DNA from: Raillietiella orientalis
Taxonomy: Eukaryota
DNA: 64,000 nucleotides
Reading direction: 5' to 3'
Assembly: GCA_036172245.1 (NCBI GenBank)
Contig: JAYWIR010000041.1
Span: 558,001 to 622,000, forward strand
In this document: piece after piece, positions 59,801-64,000 of the stretch
How positions within the stretch are numbered: the stretch's first letter is position 1
How the letters are laid out: each line of letters begins with the position of its first letter
Program-made: the position numbers and the translations under genes
The notes under the pieces: model-generated
The model's input: the letters and a program-made list of their open reading frames with translations, nothing else
Databases searched by the model: none
Told to the model about the DNA's origin: nothing

Positions 59801-62800
59801 AGCATCCCAAGTGTGAGGAGCGCAAGGAACCTAACATTATCCTATTCATCATGGAATTCCCTCTGTTTGCTTTACGGAGGTGACAATCTACGCCCACACG
59901 CCCTATGCACGACTGTCGTGCCGTTCAGGGAGGTGACAGCAGACCGGGGACGGCAGAACTTCTAGTGTTTCATCAGGTTGAGGCTGAGAGCAAAGTGCTG
60001 CAGCAGGCCGTGGCCCCCAATCACGCGAAAACGGAAAGGTTAAATCAAAACGGAAAATACAGTGACTCTTTACGCGTTCCCGCTCGACAAGATGGAGTTC
60101 GGACACTCCCTCCGGAACCCGAAATCACGCAGCCCCATGCATATTCGATAAACAAGAAGAGAAAGTTTTTCTTTCACTCGGATCTTTCGACTCACGCTCA
60201 TGGCAAAGTACCTACGAGCTGAAGACCAGCTGCAGGAATCGCTCCTTCAAACCACGCGTGTCTCAGGCCCATGCGACACGCTCTGCATTTTGAGGAACAC
60301 TCAGTGTCGTAGAACGCGAACGAAGACACAGCCTAGACACTGTTCCACAGAGAAAAGGGAGGTTCCAGGCAGTACGAGCGCGGGAGCTACTTTGAACACG
60401 ACGCGCTCCAGATTCTTGACGCCTAAACGGCTGCTACGTCGGAAGGAAATTCCCGAAGCGGAAACTTCGAGGGATGGCATTCCCCCACAACTGGAACGGT
60501 TCGTTAGGACGGGAGCACAATGAGCCTCCCCAAGAACTCGCAAGAAACGGGATCGAGTAGCCGAATGGTAGCTGGAGCGATTTCCGGCTACAGCCGTTCT
60601 CCTCAAGCTTGCTTCGTCGTTTCCCACGAGTCCCGGACTTAAGATCGAAAGCGACGATGCTCAGGCTCCAACTACGTAGACGGGGTTTCCTGGGCAACTC
60701 GTTCCCAGAGGTCGCCACGACTGGATGCATCCCGTTCCAGCGAACAGAAAGGTGGACTGTTGAGCCAGCAGACCCGCGGAGCCATTTCGGAGCATTAAAA
60801 AGGCGGGTACCGTTTTGCCTTTATCGTCCATCCATCCCTTATCCTGTGGATTGCGCAGAGGGATAGAAAAGTGCACTCCTCGAACCTCTAATGAAACGAT
60901 CTTTTCTCGTGCAGAACAGTCAGCTGTGCTTCGCGTGCATCCGTACACGGAAAGTTCGTACGATGGGCTGCCCGTCAAAGAATGGTTTCTCAGTTTACTA
61001 TCCTGGCGCATCCGCAATTTTTTTTTTTGGCTTCGGTGTATCGAAGGATGGCATTTGAGTGTGCCCATGTGCGCGTCCCCGTTTTGATGTCGAGAGACAG
61101 CTGGCCTTCGTCCTGCAGGAAACGTGCGAACTTGGGACTGGCCGGCGGACGCGAAGCCGTTTCGGGACTCGAACTTCGGTTGCCTCCCGGACGCTAAGAG
61201 ACCCCGAACGCTGGTCTCCTGGCAGCAGCTGGGGTGGTGATTCGTCCCACCCCGCGGTGCGGGGGGAAGGGGCGAGTCGCCCCCTCCGTGGCGACCGAGC
61301 GGTCGCTCTCAGCGCGGAACCGGCATCCGCGCGCGCTACAGGGAAACCTGAAAAGCGTCCCACCACCTTGTTCTTCCCATGGCTGCGCTGGAAATCCGGG
61401 ACTCTCCACGCGGTGCCGGATTGGCGCTCGACGGAAGGATTTTTTTTTCGCCATTCACGAAACGCACTTGAACCCTCACGAGGCACGGATCGGTGGTGGA
61501 AGAACGCGTCCCGACAAGTTGGTGCACATCGAAGCGAAAGAGAAGTTCCAGGAATTCATCAGCAGGAGTTTCGAGGCAGCTAAATCGATCACAAGGAGAG
61601 TGGCGCTGCGCTTTCAAAAAAAGCAACAGCAAATCTTATACGTAACATGGGGAAGAAGGAAAAAAAAAAAAGAAAAAAGGAAAAGGAAAAAAGGAAAAGC
61701 TGCTATTTTTCTTCCGAGCAATAACTCCATAGAAGGTTTTATTTTAATATGGACACACGCATTCACATCCCGAACCAGAAGCGGCGCCTGTGAAGATTGC
61801 CGCGCATCCGACCTTGAAGTCTTTCCCGCGCCATTTCCACCGAAACGAAGCTCTGATTAATTATTCAAGGTGAAATCCCGCGGTTTCTTTGCTATCTCAA
61901 TCTGGCGCCACGGCCTCCTCGCCACTCTTGCAGCGTAAAGAAAGGAACGGTGATTTATTGTCGAATGTTTCGGAAAATAAAAATATCAGAATGTATATTG
62001 CATGGTACACTGGCCGGAGCCTTGCGTGTTTATTGCTCCCGATGATCGACAGTCGAAGAGGGGAAAGTGTATCTGAAGATGCGCCGCGGACGTGGACCGC
62101 TAAACGCTGTCGTGCCCTCAGAATTTCTTCCCGTGTACCCACTTGGGAATACCTACCCCTTTTGCACTTCCCGTCTCATAAACGCAGCCAGTTCTGGAAT
62201 TTTAAAGCCTTCGCCCGCTTATAAATCAGATATCCAATTTCTGTCGATAATTGAAATAAATTCCTGCTTTTGCGCTTAATGCGTTCCGAACGACCTATGC
62301 ACAAATGAGGGTAGATTGGGTAGGAGGAACCGAAGAGGGCGTGCTCTGCTGCTGCTGCTTTCATGTGTGCTGTGATCGTATTCCTTGCACAGGGGAGCCA
62401 CAGGGAAGCCCCGCACAGGGGAGTCCCTGCTGCGTCTCCAGGCGACCTGTCGGATGCTGGGAAACGAGGTTTCCTCGCGTCCATCCTTGGCTCCAGGGCG
62501 GCGCTAGCAGAGACCTGTTCGCGTTCCTGTTAATCGTTCGATCGCTCCCGTTCTCCTCCCAGAAACAGCAGCCGACTGTCCTTCCACGTTCCCTCTCACC
62601 CCTTTGGAAAGGTTCCAATTACCAACTCGACCTTCCGACTCATTTCGTTTGATGAGACCACAAGTTTCGCGACAGCAGCTTCGTTCCCTCTATAAGATTG
62701 AAGGGCGCTGTACGTATCCAAGTATTAAATGAACGAGTTTTTCTTCTCATTTTTTCCTTTTTCTTCCTGCGATGAAGAAGAATTAAATGCTAACCATTAA

Positions 62801-62892
62801 TAAATCATTTCCGGACGCTCTCATTCCATCCACGCAAGCAGCTCGTATCATTGCTGCAGTTTAACAAAAATGATCCCATATTCACAAACCAT

Positions 62893-62925
62893 TAGAAGAA
62901 GAAGAAGAAGAAGAAGAAGAAGAAA
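62893..62925. repeat. (GAA)n microsatellite
   Basis: About 10 perfect units. Confidence 0.9.
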
Positions 62926-64000
62926 GAGGAGAGAGAGGGAGATAAAAAAAGGAAACAGTCATGAATTGCATGAATTTCTCTTTTGAGAGGTAGCTGGAGG
63001 GTTCCCACGTATTCAACATGGTAAGAAGTGATAAACATTACCTCTAAGCATTCGAGCTCATTAGCTTCCTGGCAGAGGCAGTCTGAGGACCAAAACCTAC
63101 CGGAGAAAGCCGTTTGTCAAGATGACTTGAAATACGTGCAGCATCACGTCGCAATTGAATTACAGTCCCTTACAGATAGGCGGTTCGCAGTTCATTTCAT
63201 AGATTTCTCTAGTTGTCAGGCTCCTTGAGGGATGACCGCAAATTCCAAAATATCATGACGGCAACTCTTTATGTCATTTTTCTTTTCTTTTCTTTATTTC
63301 TTTTTTTTTTTTGGCGCTTTCTTAAGACGAAACCATGCTGAAACCAGCACATCTCTTGACACGACGGAGCGCAACGACACACGCGGGTGGATGCAGAGGA
63401 GACATTTCTCGGAGGCACCTGCTAACGGGTAAAGCAGCCGAAGCGCGTTGGGCGCAGAGCGCAGGCGCGCGCTAGCCAAACGCGCGCGTGCGTTTCCTAC
63501 GATCCGTTCGATCCTACGCACCGAACGCTTCGCTTCTCTTTTGCGCGAAATCGCAGTTTATCGTCAGTGCGCCACCTTCAGACTGGGCGGAAGGCGTAGG
63601 CTCCACTCGGCGCCGCTTCTGGGTTTCGAACCAGCGGCTTAATCCGCGCCTCACGGGTGCGCGGTGGCGTCCACAGGCACGGCAAGCAGCAGTGAGATGA
63701 TGCTCCCCCTCCTCCCTTCCTTCTCGGCTCCTCGGGTGCTCTCTGCTTCGCTTCCCCGTTCCCGGCGGTGGCATTCAAGTGGATGGAGAGGAACGGAGCT
63801 CGGAAAGCGCGGGTGCGCGCTCTCTCGCAGAAAGGGCGCGAAGTTCCATCACGGAGTCTCCCCCCCCCCCTTCCTTCCCTCACTTTCCTGATTAAGGGCT
63901 TCCCGGTGCTCCCCCGTTCGGAGCAGGAAACAGTCCGGCTGCTGTGGATCACCTCTCCCCTGCATCGTCCATCCCTTGACTTCCGCTCCTCTTTGGACCT

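Noticed and set aside
1..64000. Hundreds of 60-390 aa ORFs in the track (e.g. 16636-17718, 20152-21081, 36861-37991)
   Set aside because: They are Arg/Pro/Gly/Ser-rich, overlap in all frames and show no domains, as expected in GC-rich non-coding DNA.

Overview
Eukaryotic (invertebrate, probably arthropod/crustacean-like) genomic DNA, visibly GC-rich and not CpG-depleted. The only intact gene I can support is a three-coding-exon Distal-less (Dll/Dlx) homeobox gene on the + strand (21558-27541, ~357 aa) with GT-AG introns in matching phase, an Inr/CCAAT promoter and AATAAA signals. It sits in a gene desert of about 21 kb upstream and 36 kb downstream. The desert holds decayed mobile DNA: about 10 copies of a ~0.7-1 kb tRNA-headed SINE-like family, several L1/Tx1-like LINE relics, a BEL/Pao LTR relic and small dispersed repeats. 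AT-rich islands with homeodomain, Exd-Hox and TCF motifs are candidate Dll enhancers. Unexpected items: a 70-bp 28S rRNA fragment ending an AT-rich insert nested in a SINE, a decayed rhomboid protease fragment missing its catalytic-His helix, and a near-perfect 340-bp inverted duplication. Nearly all ORFs in the track are spurious GC-rich ORFs. All homologies were judged by eye and no searches were run. I found no clear novel multi-gene system.
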